From Rhynchopus sp. YZ270_cl-10 (taxonomy: Eukaryota), in the NCBI GenBank assembly GCA_964035575.1, contig OZ037837.1, positions 868,001 through 932,000 on the forward strand: a DNA stretch of 64,000 nucleotides. Direction: 5' to 3'. The translations under genes were made by a program, and so were the position numbers. Under the pieces are notes generated by a model. The model was given only the letters and a program-made list of their open reading frames with translations. It made no database searches and had not been told where the DNA came from. Numbering within the stretch: the stretch's first letter is position 1; the number at the start of each line of letters is the position of its first letter. Positions 23,972 to 35,607 of the stretch are shown one piece after another.

Positions 23972-24740
23972 ATATATAATTATTGGGTAATTATTACCCC
24001 ATAATTACACGCAGGTGTGTTTTTTGTCACGAGTGACCTAAACCCACGAGCGAAGCGAGTGGGTTTAGGGAACAAGTGACAAAAAACACACCTAAGTGTA
24101 ATTATCTGGTAATAATTTCACATAATTAGTTTTTTTTTTATCGTGCAATTTTTGACGAGTGTACAAATCCGGCGAGTCCCCGTCACCCTCCAGTCACTGT
24201 ATGTCGATGATGGGAGTGTGTATGTGGGGTGTATGGGAAATGTGCCGAAGTATGGATGTTGAACCGAAAAAGTGGGAGAGGGTATAATTATTTGTGATCA
24301 TTCTTGGTTTGGGGTTGGGAATCACATTTCAACAAGTTGGTAACAACTGTCTATCCTTGGACGATGCGAAGCGTGAAGTTGAGGTTTCCGGTGTGTTTTT
24401 CCGGGGGGGGTTTTTTTTTTTGGCGGATAATCAAAAACGTGTTTGAGGGGCCTAGAACTGCTCAAATGGGTCAAATTTTGCTTTGAATGGGCTCAAATCG
24501 TCGAAATTAACCCTTATAGGGGGAAAAAAAAATTTTGCAGAGTCCCTTTCCCTTTGGCGACTTAGGATCACCAAAAGTGGGTTTGAGCGTGTAATTATTA
24601 CCCATAATTACACGGCTGACATTTTTGGTCGCAAATCGCTAACGATTCATAATTACACGCTTGGTAATAATTACACGCTCCCAGATTATAATTTTTGGTT
24701 CTTCCTGAAGGATTTGTACACGAGTCAAAAATTGCACGAT
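23972..24740. mobile_element. Cruciform-type non-autonomous insertion (terminal hairpin + internal inverted repeats)
   Basis: Absent from the paralogous sites GCACTGAAAGAAAAAATCTTTT at ~26036 and ~33906. A hairpin centred on CGAGCGAAGCGAG lies at ~24047-24059. Inverted repeats are at ~24140-24170 and ~24710-24740. Confidence 0.8.
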
Positions 24741-25087
24741 AAAAAATCTTTTTTTTTTTTGAAAGAATGAAGCTCTCTCTTACACATATCGGAAGACAAA
24801 ACAAAAACAAAAAAACAAAACAAAAAACGGCCATCAAATTTACACCCCGCGGGAAAAGGCTAGCTCCGCAGAGTATGTACATGACAGCAACACACCACCT
24901 TTTTGTTGTTCTACAACACTATCTCCCCTTCAGCCCCTCCCCGATTTTTCAAAGAGAAGCTTTTTTTCACGAACCAACCACCTTTTCATAAGACTTTGCG
25001 CCACCCTTTTTAAAAAAGCACAAGCAACCTTCTGGAGTCTCCTCCTCTTCTTCTTCCACCCAGAGTTAAGGCACCCCACCCGCTCCC

Positions 25088-25768
25088 TCACCCAAAGACG
25101 ATCTCCGCTGCCGTGTCTTTGCTGCAATAGTGGAGAGCAAGCCTATTTTGCAAGACTGCTGCTGAGCACAACTCATAATCCGATCGGAAGGTACTACAGT
25201 ACTCGAGCGCCCTTCCGTTTTTTGTGACGGCGGCAAGACACAGCTCTCTGTCGTCTTGAAGCTCTTTGGAGCAGTACTTTAGGAGCAAACCGTCTTGGGA
25301 AACTGCTGCAAGGCATACTTCACGGTCAGCTTTAACTTCTGTTGGGAAATAACGTAACCTTTGTGCGTCAAACAAAACCAGCATGCGCGCTCTGTCCCCA
25401 TCGACCCAACGAAGCGCAGAAGGAAACCTTCGCATAACGTATCTGGAAAACTCTGGGTCCAGCCACACCACCTCCGGCAGCGTTTTCATCCACGTCTCAC
25501 TCTCCATCGACCGCCAGGTCCTCATCTCCTGCTGCAGTTTTGCGGTGCTCACTATTGCCTTCAAAGTGTCACCTTCACTCAACCCACGCATACCATCTGC
25601 GTCCACTTCCATCCCCGCAGCATCCACAAGCGCCAGCTCTGCCCACTTAGACGGGACAATCCCTAATCCCTCCGAAGCACGTTGCAGCATGCTAGCCATG
25701 CATTCCTCTTCACCGATGTCGAGGCAAATGGTGGACCCGTCTAAGGGGTGCTCGACTGTGAGCAGCAT
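25088..25768 (-). CDS. Ubl-like N-terminus + DUF4116 repeats, paralogue 1 (226 aa)
   Basis: MLLTVEHPLDG start is shared by three copies. DREVCLAAVSQDGLLLKYCSKELQDDRELCLAAV repeats are typical of DUF4116. Confidence 0.88.
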   Translation of the reverse strand: MLLTVEHPLDGSTICLDIGEEECMASMLQRASEGLGIVPSKWAELALVDAAGMEVDADGMRGLSEGDTLKAIVSTAKLQQEMRTWRSMESETWMKTLPEVVWLDPEFSRYVMRRFPSALRWVDGDRARMLVLFDAQRLRYFPTEVKADREVCLAAVSQDGLLLKYCSKELQDDRELCLAAVTKNGRALEYCSTFRSDYELCSAAVLQNRLALHYCSKDTAAEIVFG

Positions 25769-27785
25769 TGAGGGGGTGGGGGGAGGTGGGGGAGGGGAGG
25801 GTGTTTGAAAAGTGCAGAAGGGGAGGAGGAATGTGGGAATATATCTGTGGTTTTTTAGAGGGAAAAGAAAAGGGTACCGTTGAAACACAAAAGTCCTCTC
25901 ATGAGAGAGCAGCTCTCCTCAAAGAATTATCGCCGGTTCGGGTCCTCTGCCCGTTTCGCAGTGTGGGCGAGGCGTGAATGAACAGTACCGCCGTGGGCAA
26001 GGTGTACTCTTCATAGTGCGAAAGCCTCTGGGACGGCACTGAAAGAAAAAATCTTTTTTTTTTTGAAAGAATGAATCTCTCTCTTACACACATCGGAAGA
26101 CAAAACAAAACAAAAAAAACGACCATCAAATTTACACCCCGCGGGAAAAGGCTAGCTCCGCAGAGTATGTACATGACAGCAACACACCACCTTTTGTTGT
26201 TCTACAACACTATCTCCCCTTCAGCCCCTCTCCGATTTTTCAAAGAGGGGGCTCCCTAAAAAGGAGTATTTTGGATAAAAAGGTTCAAAAAGCGCGTGGT
26301 TTCTGGGTCAAAAAAGAGGGAAAAAAGAGTGAGGGGAGTTGGGTCCAGTCATAGGGGGTATAGCATATTTTTTGGAAAATTCTTCAAAAAAACGACGATT
26401 TTTGCTGGGCACAATGCAAATTTCAGAAAAATCCCAATTTTCGACTGGTTGAGCAAATTATGGCCCACCCACCCCGACTGTGTGTCAAAAACAGACTTCA
26501 GAATGTTTCTAGAAAGTATTACCCTTATCAGAGGGCGCAGTGTCCGACAAGGGTCACAGACAGAACGCGATTTAATTGGGGTCAAACGCCGAAGGAAAAG
26601 GAAGGATGCAGTATGGCGAGAGAATAAAAGTGGCGCACCGTGCGCCTTGGGCGCAAGCTTGCAACCCACCCTTCGCGTGACATAGTTTGGCACTAAAAAC
26701 GTGCAATTTTGAGCGCAATTTTTAGAAATGTTGCGTACCGTGGCTTCGCCATGGGTGCCATGACCGCCGTTTCTTTTGTAAATGTATTGAGATAACTGAT
26801 ACTGCGTGTGCCCAGTGCAAATATCAATGTAGTGTCGAACTCCGCAGTAGGATAACCGAGGAATTCTCACATTCTGCCTGAGTCCCCGAACGAGCTGGGT
26901 TGGGCTCGACCGAGTAATGACCGAGTTTCAGCGAAAACCACCAAAACCTATATTCCCCTGGGGTTTAGTTCTGCGACAGCTGAGATGTGAAAAAAAAACA
27001 CCACTATTCTGCCTTAGTACAGGTCCCAACCTGCTTGTTCGTTTTTCTTTTCAGACGGTCACTCAATTTTTCGACTTGCTGCGTTCGCGGACAAACCATC
27101 AACGCCCCCACGATTTCCTAAAAACCTGACAGCAAGCATCAGGCCTGCGCGGAAAAATCTCAAAAACGGGAGAGAAAAATAAAACGGAAAAAAATCTCGG
27201 ATTTTCAGCGAAAAGAAGGATCCACCCTGCACCGGGTACAGGAGAAAGGTATCGCTTCCGCCTCGTCGCAAAATCGTTAGTGCGTTCGCACTGCTCACAC
27301 TTGTACTGAACCCGTAAATGCCAGACGTCGTCCGTGTTCCACGTCAGGTCGACAAAATCCTGCACCAATGTGTACGCACTGCCGCTGCTGGACACCGTAG
27401 TGTTCTTTTCCTGCATGAGGTCTGATGCCACATGATGGCAAGGAATAGCGCTGCGAGCACAATAACATCTACATTTAAAATTCAGGTTCGGTATGACCTA
27501 GAGCTCCGAACTGCGCCGCAGGCCCCCAATTGCATAGGGGGGTCTGGGGGGCGGGTTTGCGGGTTTGCGCTTTTTTTTTGGACTTTCGGGCCAGAAAAAC
27601 CGAAAATTTGGGTTGAAATGGGCATTTTCCTAAGTAAAAACCACGAAATTTCGGGTGCGCGAAACCACGTTTTAGACCCCCACAGATGCTCAAAAGTGTC
27701 AAATTCTGGTTTTAACGGCCTCAAATCGTCGAAATTAGCCCTATATAGGCGGAAAAAAAAATTTGCGAGAGTCCCTTTCTATAAG

Positions 27786-30700
27786 CACGGATGCTGCCAG
27801 ATCTGGCCAGATTTGGGGGCCAATTTCCCAGATCTGGCTCGTTTTCCAGATGTGGAGATCTTGTTTCCAGATCTGGCCAGATCTGGGAATCTGGGAAATT
27901 TTTTTTTTCAAAAAAAAAAAAAACCCCCCAGATCTGGAAATCTGGCCATTTTTTTTTTTTTTTCTCAGATTTCTGCAGGGTTTCCGCGTTCTTCCGGTGT
28001 TTTCCAAGGGGGCGGACGAGTTTTTTTTCCCCCCCAAAAAAAAATTTTTTACTAGTGCTTAACACAATACAGGTCGAGCCCGGCGCGCTTCGCGCGCCGG
28101 GTCGGGGGCCTCCGGCGGAGTTGTCTCGCCTCACGGTCTTTCGTGAGACACAACAGGTGAGAAACTCACGTTACGAGATACTCGAAAACAAAGCGTGGCG
28201 GGTGGTGGAATAAGCGCTCAGCTGTGCTTGTACCCACAGGAAGAGTGAACAAGAGACGGAGTAACGTCCTCATCTGAGGGTACTCGGTGTCACCTTCCTC
28301 ATTGAGCTCAACATACATCAGAACGTCATGAAGAGTTGTCATTGAGGTGCACACCCTCAACACCGACTTGAGCTCTTGCCACTCTGCCAACAGGTCACTG
28401 AATTCAACCCCCTGCACAATACTGGCTGTCTGGAACTGCTTCCGTTCAGCGGTGTCGCTGTACACCGGCTTCAGCGCATCCCCACCCACGACATCGTGAT
28501 GCATGTAGGACAGTTTGTGGGGGGTGAAGAACTGGTCGTACAATCTGCCTAGCTGTTCAATGCTGTACTCCGTGCGCAAACCCGCAAAGGGTTTGAGGGG
28601 AATGATAGAGGGGGATACCATAAGTGCGGCCGCAGATCTGCGCGACGCCAAAGAGGGGAGGCCTTTATTTTTCTATACGGGGTGGGGTGCGTCCCCTGCG
28701 GGGCCGCATCCCACTCGTCCACTTTACAATGTACCCCGGGCCCTCTCCCCACCCATTTTTCCCACTCCCCGGATGAACTTCGTCCGGACGAACTTCGTCC
28801 GGCAGTTTTTTTTTTTTTTTTTCCTACCGGACGAACTTCGTCCGATTTTTGGGTCGCGGAAACACTGGATTTCTGGCTATTGTCTCCCAGGGAAAGGGAC
28901 TCTCGAATTTTTTTTTTTCGCCCCTATATAGGGCTAATTTCGACGATTTGAGGCCGTTAAAAGCAAAATTTGACACTTTTGAGCATCTGTGGGGGTCTAA
29001 AACGTGGTTTCGCGCACCCGAAATTTCGTGGTTTTTACCAAAGACAAGTCGATTTTTGAAAAATCTCGAAAAAAAAAATTTTTTTCCCGGGAAAATTTTG
29101 ACCCCTGAGTAGGGTTTTTGTGCACCAAAAAGTGCAAAAAAACGCAAGAGTCGGGTGTTTTGACGATCTGGGGTACCGCCATATGCACTACAGGGGCCCA
29201 CAATTTCGACTTTTTCTTAGCAATTTCCTTCATAATTTTTTTTTTTCGATTTTTGGCAAAGGCAAATCTCAGGCAAAAAAAATTCACCCCTGATAGTGGG
29301 TCCTTGGGTGTCCAAAGATGCCAAAAACACAAAATTTTTGATGTTTTGACCATCTGTGGGCGCCTAAAACGCACTTCTCTGCCCAAAAAATGAATATCGA
29401 TTTTTCCTTAGCGTTTTATAGCCGTGCTTTTTGGGTACTTTTTCGCAAAGGGAAAAAAAAAATATCAACCAAAATAGTGGGTCCTTGGGTGACCAAAAAT
29501 GCAAAAAAACGCATTTTTTTGGTGTTTTGACCCTTCAGAACCACCCAAAACGCACTTTTGTGTACCAAAACACGCATATTTCACATTTCCTTAGCAATGC
29601 CTTCACAAGTGCAAGGTGATTTTTGACCAAACTAATTTTGTGCACTTTTTTTGTGGTCACGTAACGCTAAAATCCTCTCCGTGATGCGAGAATTACATGT
29701 GCGAATGCGATAATGATTCTCGCATGCGAACGCCCAAAACCACGAAGGAGGACGCAAGCAAGGCTTCAGTGCACTTAGGTACAGGATGCGTCGTTTTCAG
29801 TTACAAAAAAGGGTACTGTGAAGCGGTTGAGGCACACACACACACACAGACCCGTTGCAAAATGCATCTGGGACCCACGCTAGACCCCCCAAAAGCTGTA
29901 AAACCATATATTTCCATCTCGCGACCCCAGCGGATGTGGACTGAGGTGTTTTTTTTGGGTGTTTAGAAAGGTTTTTGTCCGATTGGAGAATTTTTTCGGT
30001 AAGTGTTGCATTTTGTCCCCACTGAGTGTGCACTCAGAAAACACTCATCAATAAAACGACCTTTCTGTTCGGTAAAAAATAGTTATTTTCTATCGTAGTA
30101 GTGGGTTTGTCGTGCAGTGATGTTCTTTGTACCTGGAGAGTGGGCCGAGTGCAAGGTATGTTTTTAACCCCCCGGTTTTCTCCCTTTTCGACATGTCCGC
30201 TATTTTTTAGCTATTTTTTTTTTTTTTGTCAACAAAAATGTCACTTTTACGTTGAAGGGGTACGGGGCGGCTTCTTGTTTGTTTGTTTGTTTTTTTGTTG
30301 TAGTCTCTACTTTTACATTCAATTTCTCTTAACAGGTACCCGAACCGACGACCCTTCATCGTGACAGCGAAGCAGTGCCGACGGAAGAGCTGGTGCAATT
30401 ATTTGAAAACCAGGTGGCGATCGTAAAAGTCGGGTTTATATACCAACTTTTCCATTAACCCACCCCATAGACCACCCTAATTATTATGAAACTCTTAGTC
30501 AGTCACTGCTATAGCCATTTAATCCAGGGAGCATAGCTAGTGCAAGAAATTCGACTTCGGGATCCGGAAAGTCTGTCCTCTGCTCTTGCGGAGGACTAGG
30601 CACAAGAAAATATTGCGTTCCCCCAGAAAACCAATTTTTGTCAAAGTAATTTTTGCCCAGGGCATGCTCTTGAAGCATGGCGGCTTGGTGTGAGAAGGGG

Positions 30701-31636
30701 CAGTGTATTGTTTTGTTCTAGATTTCAACGGTTGTTAGAACGAGTCAAGTGGATGCTTATCTAAACACTGACTTTAGTACAGACCCGAGAGATCACACAT
30801 GACTTTGAGGAAAGAACAAAGCAATGCATCTGTACCCGCACGCCAGGTTGTAGTTACTTCAGAATTTTCTTAAGTTTGCATGAACGAGGAGGGGCGAATC
30901 ATTCTTCGGGAACCATTAGCTGTATACCATGGAATGATTTTCTCAAAAACACCACGTGGGGGCTGAATTCAATCCCTTAAGAATTGCGAATTCAGCCTTT
31001 GTAGAAGGTACGTCTTACTTGTACTTGTACTTGTATGCCGTGTCCACCCTTCTCGACCTTACCGGTTCACATGTACGAATAATATTAGGCAGTGGTAACA
31101 CCCTTCTCAATTGTGCAAACTTAAGAATTTTCTGCTGTAACTTACCAAAATCGATTTTCTTTCACCCCAAACACCCGCAACACCCCACCTGCTACTTCGG
31201 TAGCCTGTGTTGTTGGGAGTTGGTTCTCATGTTGATCCCCAGTGTTTTGCACTGCTTCTTCTGAGCCCAACGCTGTTTGGCCTGTCGACGTAATAAATAC
31301 GAAGACAGGGCGGCGGTGCCAACAATTTTCCAATGATGTAACGTTTATCTGATTGATTTATCGTTTGATATACCTTGTGTGTCCTACTTCGTAACTTGCA
31401 CACACGAGCAACGTATATTGAACGGTACTTCAAGCGATACTTCGTTATGTCATTGGGGGTACCTGGAAAAAAAAATTTTCCCAGACGTCCCAGATCTCCC
31501 AGATGTGGCCAGATCTGGCCAGATCTGGGACGTCTGGGAAAATTTTTTTTTTCAAAAAAAAAAAAAAAAATTCCAGATCTGGCCAGATCTGGGAGGCCCA
31601 GATCTGGAGATCTGGCCAGATCTGGCAGCATCCGTG
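27786..31636. mobile_element. Deleted hAT element with 6-bp TSD, nested in 26247-32814
   Basis: 27-bp TIR CACGGATGCTGCCAGATCTGGCCAGAT, with TATAAG duplicated at 27780-27785 and 31637-31642. It has many subterminal CCAGATCTGG palindromes and a hAT C-terminal fragment inside. Confidence 0.9.
28166..28651 (-). pseudogene. hAT transposase C-terminal (dimerisation domain) fragment
   Basis: EYPQMRTLLRLLFTLPVGTSTAERLF matches the hAT 'P-x-[ST]-x-x-x-ERxF' motif. It is truncated at both ends. Confidence 0.85.
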
Positions 31637-31710
31637 TATAAGTCAAAATAGCTGGAAAGTGGGGCGGGAGGGTCCGTAGTCCGAGGGTCCCTAAAACATT
31701 CGAAAACATT

Positions 31711-32677
31711 TTTTATCTAACTCAGTGAAATAAAACTCGTGTAATTTTGCGGATTACCCACAAAAGTGAGTGATATAATATGCCCTTTTTGTCACTCAAT
31801 TTGAACCTAAAATGCGTGGGCGAGTGAAAAAAAGTATCACTCAGTGAAAAAAAGCACTTTTTCATCACTCCCCTTAAACACACTCAACACTGCCAAAAAC
31901 GAGGAAGGATAGGATACATGACACTTACGGATACCAAGTCTCAGCGGGTATGAGAAGCAAGGAGGTGCACAAGAAGAAATGGGACGAGTTCTTGCGGCTT
32001 TCAAACCTCCGTAAGCCATCCAGCTTGGGCGAAACATTTCGCTGTCTACTTTTATCATCTTCGCACTGTGCGAAACCTGGCAACGAGCACATGCTGGACT
32101 ACTCACAGCATGTACACAAGTACCTGGAAATTGAGACCAGGCGTATCCCAGGTTGACCTCTCATTGAAGACGACGTCGAAAAATGAGCAACAGAAGCAGG
32201 CCTACTTCACACCGAGTGACCTGGTCCGCTTCGTGTGACACGGACCTCGAAAACGACACGTACTGGCTTGTGAGGAAGTCCTGCATCTGTAAGGTTCTTC
32301 GGTGGATTGCGTACTGCGATCTTTTTTCTTGCTTTTAATTAGGCACCCAAATACCCACGGGTACCTCAAAACACTTCATACCCCTGCCAAACATAGTATT
32401 TCGTAACAAAAAGGGCATATTATATACTCACTTTTATAGGTAATCCGCAAAATTAAACTCGTTTATTTCCCAGTTAGATAAAAGATCGTATCTGATTCAA
32501 AAAGCGCACTTCATTCACCTCGGGTGGTGTGCTTCAGAGTTGCATGCTCCATGGCAACTCGCTGCGCTCGTTACCATGAACCATTTTAGTACACTCGCTG
32601 CGCTCGTGTACTAAAATCGGCAACTCTGAAGCACACCACCCTCGGGTGAAATAAAGTGCACTTTTTGTCATCAGATA
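31711..32677. mobile_element. Second cruciform-type element, opposite orientation to 23972-24740
   Basis: Inverted repeats at ~31711-31795 and ~32403-32484 are followed by a large branched hairpin at ~32500-32666 with two CTCGCTGCGCTCG arms. Boundaries are approximate. Confidence 0.65.
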
Positions 32678-32949
32678 AATAACTATTTCCCGGCTATTTC
32701 TCAGTTTTTGCTGGGGAAAAACATTTTTTTCCCCTTTGTATCTCAGTTTTGGCAAAGGTAAAAAACACTTTTTGAACTTTTTTGCGATTTTTTAACATGT
32801 TTTAGGGAGCCCCCAGAGAAGCTTTTTTTCACGAACCAACCACCTTTTCATAAGACTTTGCGCCACCCTTTCTAAAAAAGCACAAGCAAACTTCTGGAAT
32901 CTCCTCCTCCTTCTTCTTCCACCCAGAGTTAAGGCACCCCACCCGCCCC

Positions 32950-33630
32950 TCACCCAAAGACGATCTCCACTGCCGTGTCTTTGCTGCAATAGTGGAGGGC
33001 AAGCCTATTTTGCAAGACTGCTGCTGAGCACAACTCATAATCCGATCGGAAGGTACTACAGTACTCGAGCGCCCTTCCGTTTTTTGTGACGGCGGCAAGA
33101 CACAGCTCTCTGTCCTCTTGAAGCTCTTTGGAGCAGTACTTTAGGAGCAAACCGTCTTCGGAAACTGCTGCAAGGCATACTTCACGGTCAGCTTTAACTT
33201 CTGTTGGGCAATAACGTAACCTTTGTGCGTCAAACGAAAGAAGAATGCGCGCTCTGTCCCCATCGACCCAACGAAGCGCAGAACGAAACCTTCGCATAAA
33301 GTAGCTGGAAAACTCTGGGTCCAGCCACACCACCTCCGGCAGCGTTTTCATCCACGTCTCACTCTCCATCGACCTCCAGGTCCTCATCTCCTGCTGCAGT
33401 TTTGCGGTGTTCACTATTGCCTTCAAAGTGTCACCTTCACTCAACCCACGCATACCATCTGCGTCCACTTCCACCCCCGCAGCATCCACAAGCGCCAGCT
33501 CTGCCCACTGAGACGGGACAATCCCTAATCCCTCCGAAGCACGTTGCAGCATGCTAGCCATGCATTCCTCTTCACCGATGTCGAAGCAAATGGTGGACCC
33601 GTCTAAGGGGTGCTCGACTGTGAGCAGCAT
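32950..33630 (-). CDS. Ubl-like + DUF4116 protein, paralogue 2 (226 aa)
   Basis: Near-identical to 25088-25768. Confidence 0.88.
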   Translation of the reverse strand: MLLTVEHPLDGSTICFDIGEEECMASMLQRASEGLGIVPSQWAELALVDAAGVEVDADGMRGLSEGDTLKAIVNTAKLQQEMRTWRSMESETWMKTLPEVVWLDPEFSSYFMRRFRSALRWVDGDRARILLSFDAQRLRYCPTEVKADREVCLAAVSEDGLLLKYCSKELQEDRELCLAAVTKNGRALEYCSTFRSDYELCSAAVLQNRLALHYCSKDTAVEIVFG

Positions 33631-34247
33631 TGAGGGGGTGGGGAGGGAGGTGGGGGAGGGGAGGGAGGGTGTTTGAAAAAGTGTAGGGAAGGAGGAGGGA
33701 ATGTGGTAATGTATCTGTGGTTTTTTAGAGAGGGAAAAGAAAAGGCCGTTGAAACACAAAAGTCCTCTCATGAGAGAGCAGCTCTCCTCAAAGAATTGTC
33801 GCCGGTTCGGGTCCTCTGCCCGTTTCGCAGTGTGGGCGAGGTGCGAATGAACAGTACCGCCGTGGGCAAGGTGTGATTCGTAATCGTGCGAAAGCCTCTG
33901 GGACGGCACTGAAAGAAAAAAAAATCTTTTTTTTGAAAGAATGAATCTCTCTCTTACACACATCGGAAGACAAAACAAAAACAAAAAACGACCATCAAAT
34001 TTACACCCCGCGGGAAAAGGCTAGATCCGCAGGGTATGTACATGACAGCAACACACCACCTTTTGTTGTTCTGCAACACTATCTCCCCCTCAGCCCCTCT
34101 CCGATTTTTCAAAGAGAAGCTTTTTTTCACGAACCAACCACCTTTTCATAAGACTTTGCGCCACCCTTTCTAAAAAAGCACAAGCAAACTTCTGGAGTCT
34201 CCTCTTCTTCTTCTTCCACCCAGAGTTAAGGCATCCCACCCGCCCCC

Positions 34248-34910
34248 TCACCCAAAGACGATCTCCACTGCCGTGTCTTTGCTGCAATAGTGGAGAGCAG
34301 CCCTATTTTGCAAGACTGCTGCTGAGCACAACTCATAATCAGATCGGAAGGTACTACAGTACTCGAGCGCCCTTCCGCTGTTTGTGACGGCGGCAAGACA
34401 CAGCTCTCTGTCCTCTTGAAGCTCTTTGGAGCAGTACTTTAGGACCAAACCGTCTTGGGAAACTGCTGCAAGGCATACTTCACGGTCAGCTTGAACTTCT
34501 GTTGGGCAATAACGTAACCATTGTGCGTCAAACGAAAGAAGCATGCGCGCTCTGTCCCCATTGACCCAACGAAGCGCAGAAGGAAACTTTCGCATAACGT
34601 ATCTGGAAAACTCTGGGTCCAGCCACACCACCTCCGGCAGCTTTTCCATCCACGACCAGGTCCTCATCTCCTGCTGCAGTTTTGCGGTGCTCACTATTGC
34701 CTTCAAAGTGTCACCTTCACTCAACCCACGCATACCATCTGCGTCCACTTCCATCCCCGCAGCATCCACAAGCGCCAGCTCTGCCCACTTAGACGGGACA
34801 ATCCCTAATCCCTCCGAAGCACGTTGCAGCATGCTAGCCATGCATTCCTCTTCACCGATGTCGAGGCAAATGGTGGACCCGTCTAAGGGGTGCTCGACTG
34901 TGAGCAGCAT
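34248..34910 (-). CDS. Ubl-like + DUF4116 protein, paralogue 3 (220 aa)
   Basis: Near-identical, with an in-frame 6-aa shortening in the linker. Unit spacing is 1298 bp. Confidence 0.88.
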   Translation of the reverse strand: MLLTVEHPLDGSTICLDIGEEECMASMLQRASEGLGIVPSKWAELALVDAAGMEVDADGMRGLSEGDTLKAIVSTAKLQQEMRTWSWMEKLPEVVWLDPEFSRYVMRKFPSALRWVNGDRARMLLSFDAQWLRYCPTEVQADREVCLAAVSQDGLVLKYCSKELQEDRELCLAAVTNSGRALEYCSTFRSDYELCSAAVLQNRAALHYCSKDTAVEIVFG

Positions 34911-35195
34911 TGGGGGGGTGGGGAGGGAGGAGGGTGTTTCGGAAGTGTAGGAGGGGAGGAGGAATGTGGGAATATATCTGTGGTTTTGTAGGGGAGGAAA
35001 AAAAAAAAGTAGAGTTGAAATACAAAGCACCTTGGTGCATGACCTGGCTGTACCGTGGACACCCCAACCATGCAGTCCTACGTCCATTTTCGTGGTTTGC
35101 ATCTGATATGAGGAGGGAAATGATTAATGATAATATTTTCGATCGAAAGATGGAGTTTTGTCCCTTAGTGTTGTCCGCTCTTAGTGTTGTTTGTA

Positions 35196-35344
35196 CCACC
35201 TGATTTTTTCACCGTGTTTTATAAAAACCATCTGATTTTTACGTCGCGTATAGGCGCGTATAGCGCGTAAAGGCGCGTAAAGGCTGGGGAAAATGGGTGG
35301 GGTTTGGCCTATACGCGCCTATACGCGGGGTAAAAATCAGGTAG
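35196..35344. mobile_element. Small palindromic MITE, possible 5-bp TSD TTGTA
   Basis: CCACCTGATTTT ... AAAATCAGGTAG, with inner CGCGTATAGGCGCGTATA inverted repeats. A related small palindrome lies at ~56977-57044. Confidence 0.55.
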
Positions 35345-35607
35345 TTGTAGAGGAGGGAAAGAAAAAAGTTGTGGTGGGGGACAGGGAGAGGGGAAGTGAA
35401 ATAAAGCAAAATTCGGTAGATTGTATGTAAACGGTCCTCTTCTGTGCAAACCACCCCTCTTTCCTTCAGATGCCCGTATGTGGATAGAGTACGGCACTAC
35501 TACGTTTTTAAAAAAAATGCAACAAAAGGGCAGCCTTGTCACCAGAAATCGTCCCAGCCACCTCCATTTATATGGGTTTTTTTTCAATCATTTTCCCCTC
35601 CCTCTTC

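Larger units (their letters stand above)
26247..32814. mobile_element. Composite non-autonomous TIR element with 3-bp TSD (PIF/Harbinger-like ends)
   Basis: AGA-GGGGGCTCCCTAAAA ... TTTTAGGGAGCCCCC-AGA. Empty sites CAAAGAGAAGCTTTT are at ~24950 and ~34110. Confidence 0.88.

Noticed and set aside
33631..33984. N-terminal extensions of the DUF4116 ORFs given in the ORF track
   Set aside because: Not conserved in frame among the three paralogues, and they begin at non-ATG codons in pyrimidine-rich UTR-like sequence.
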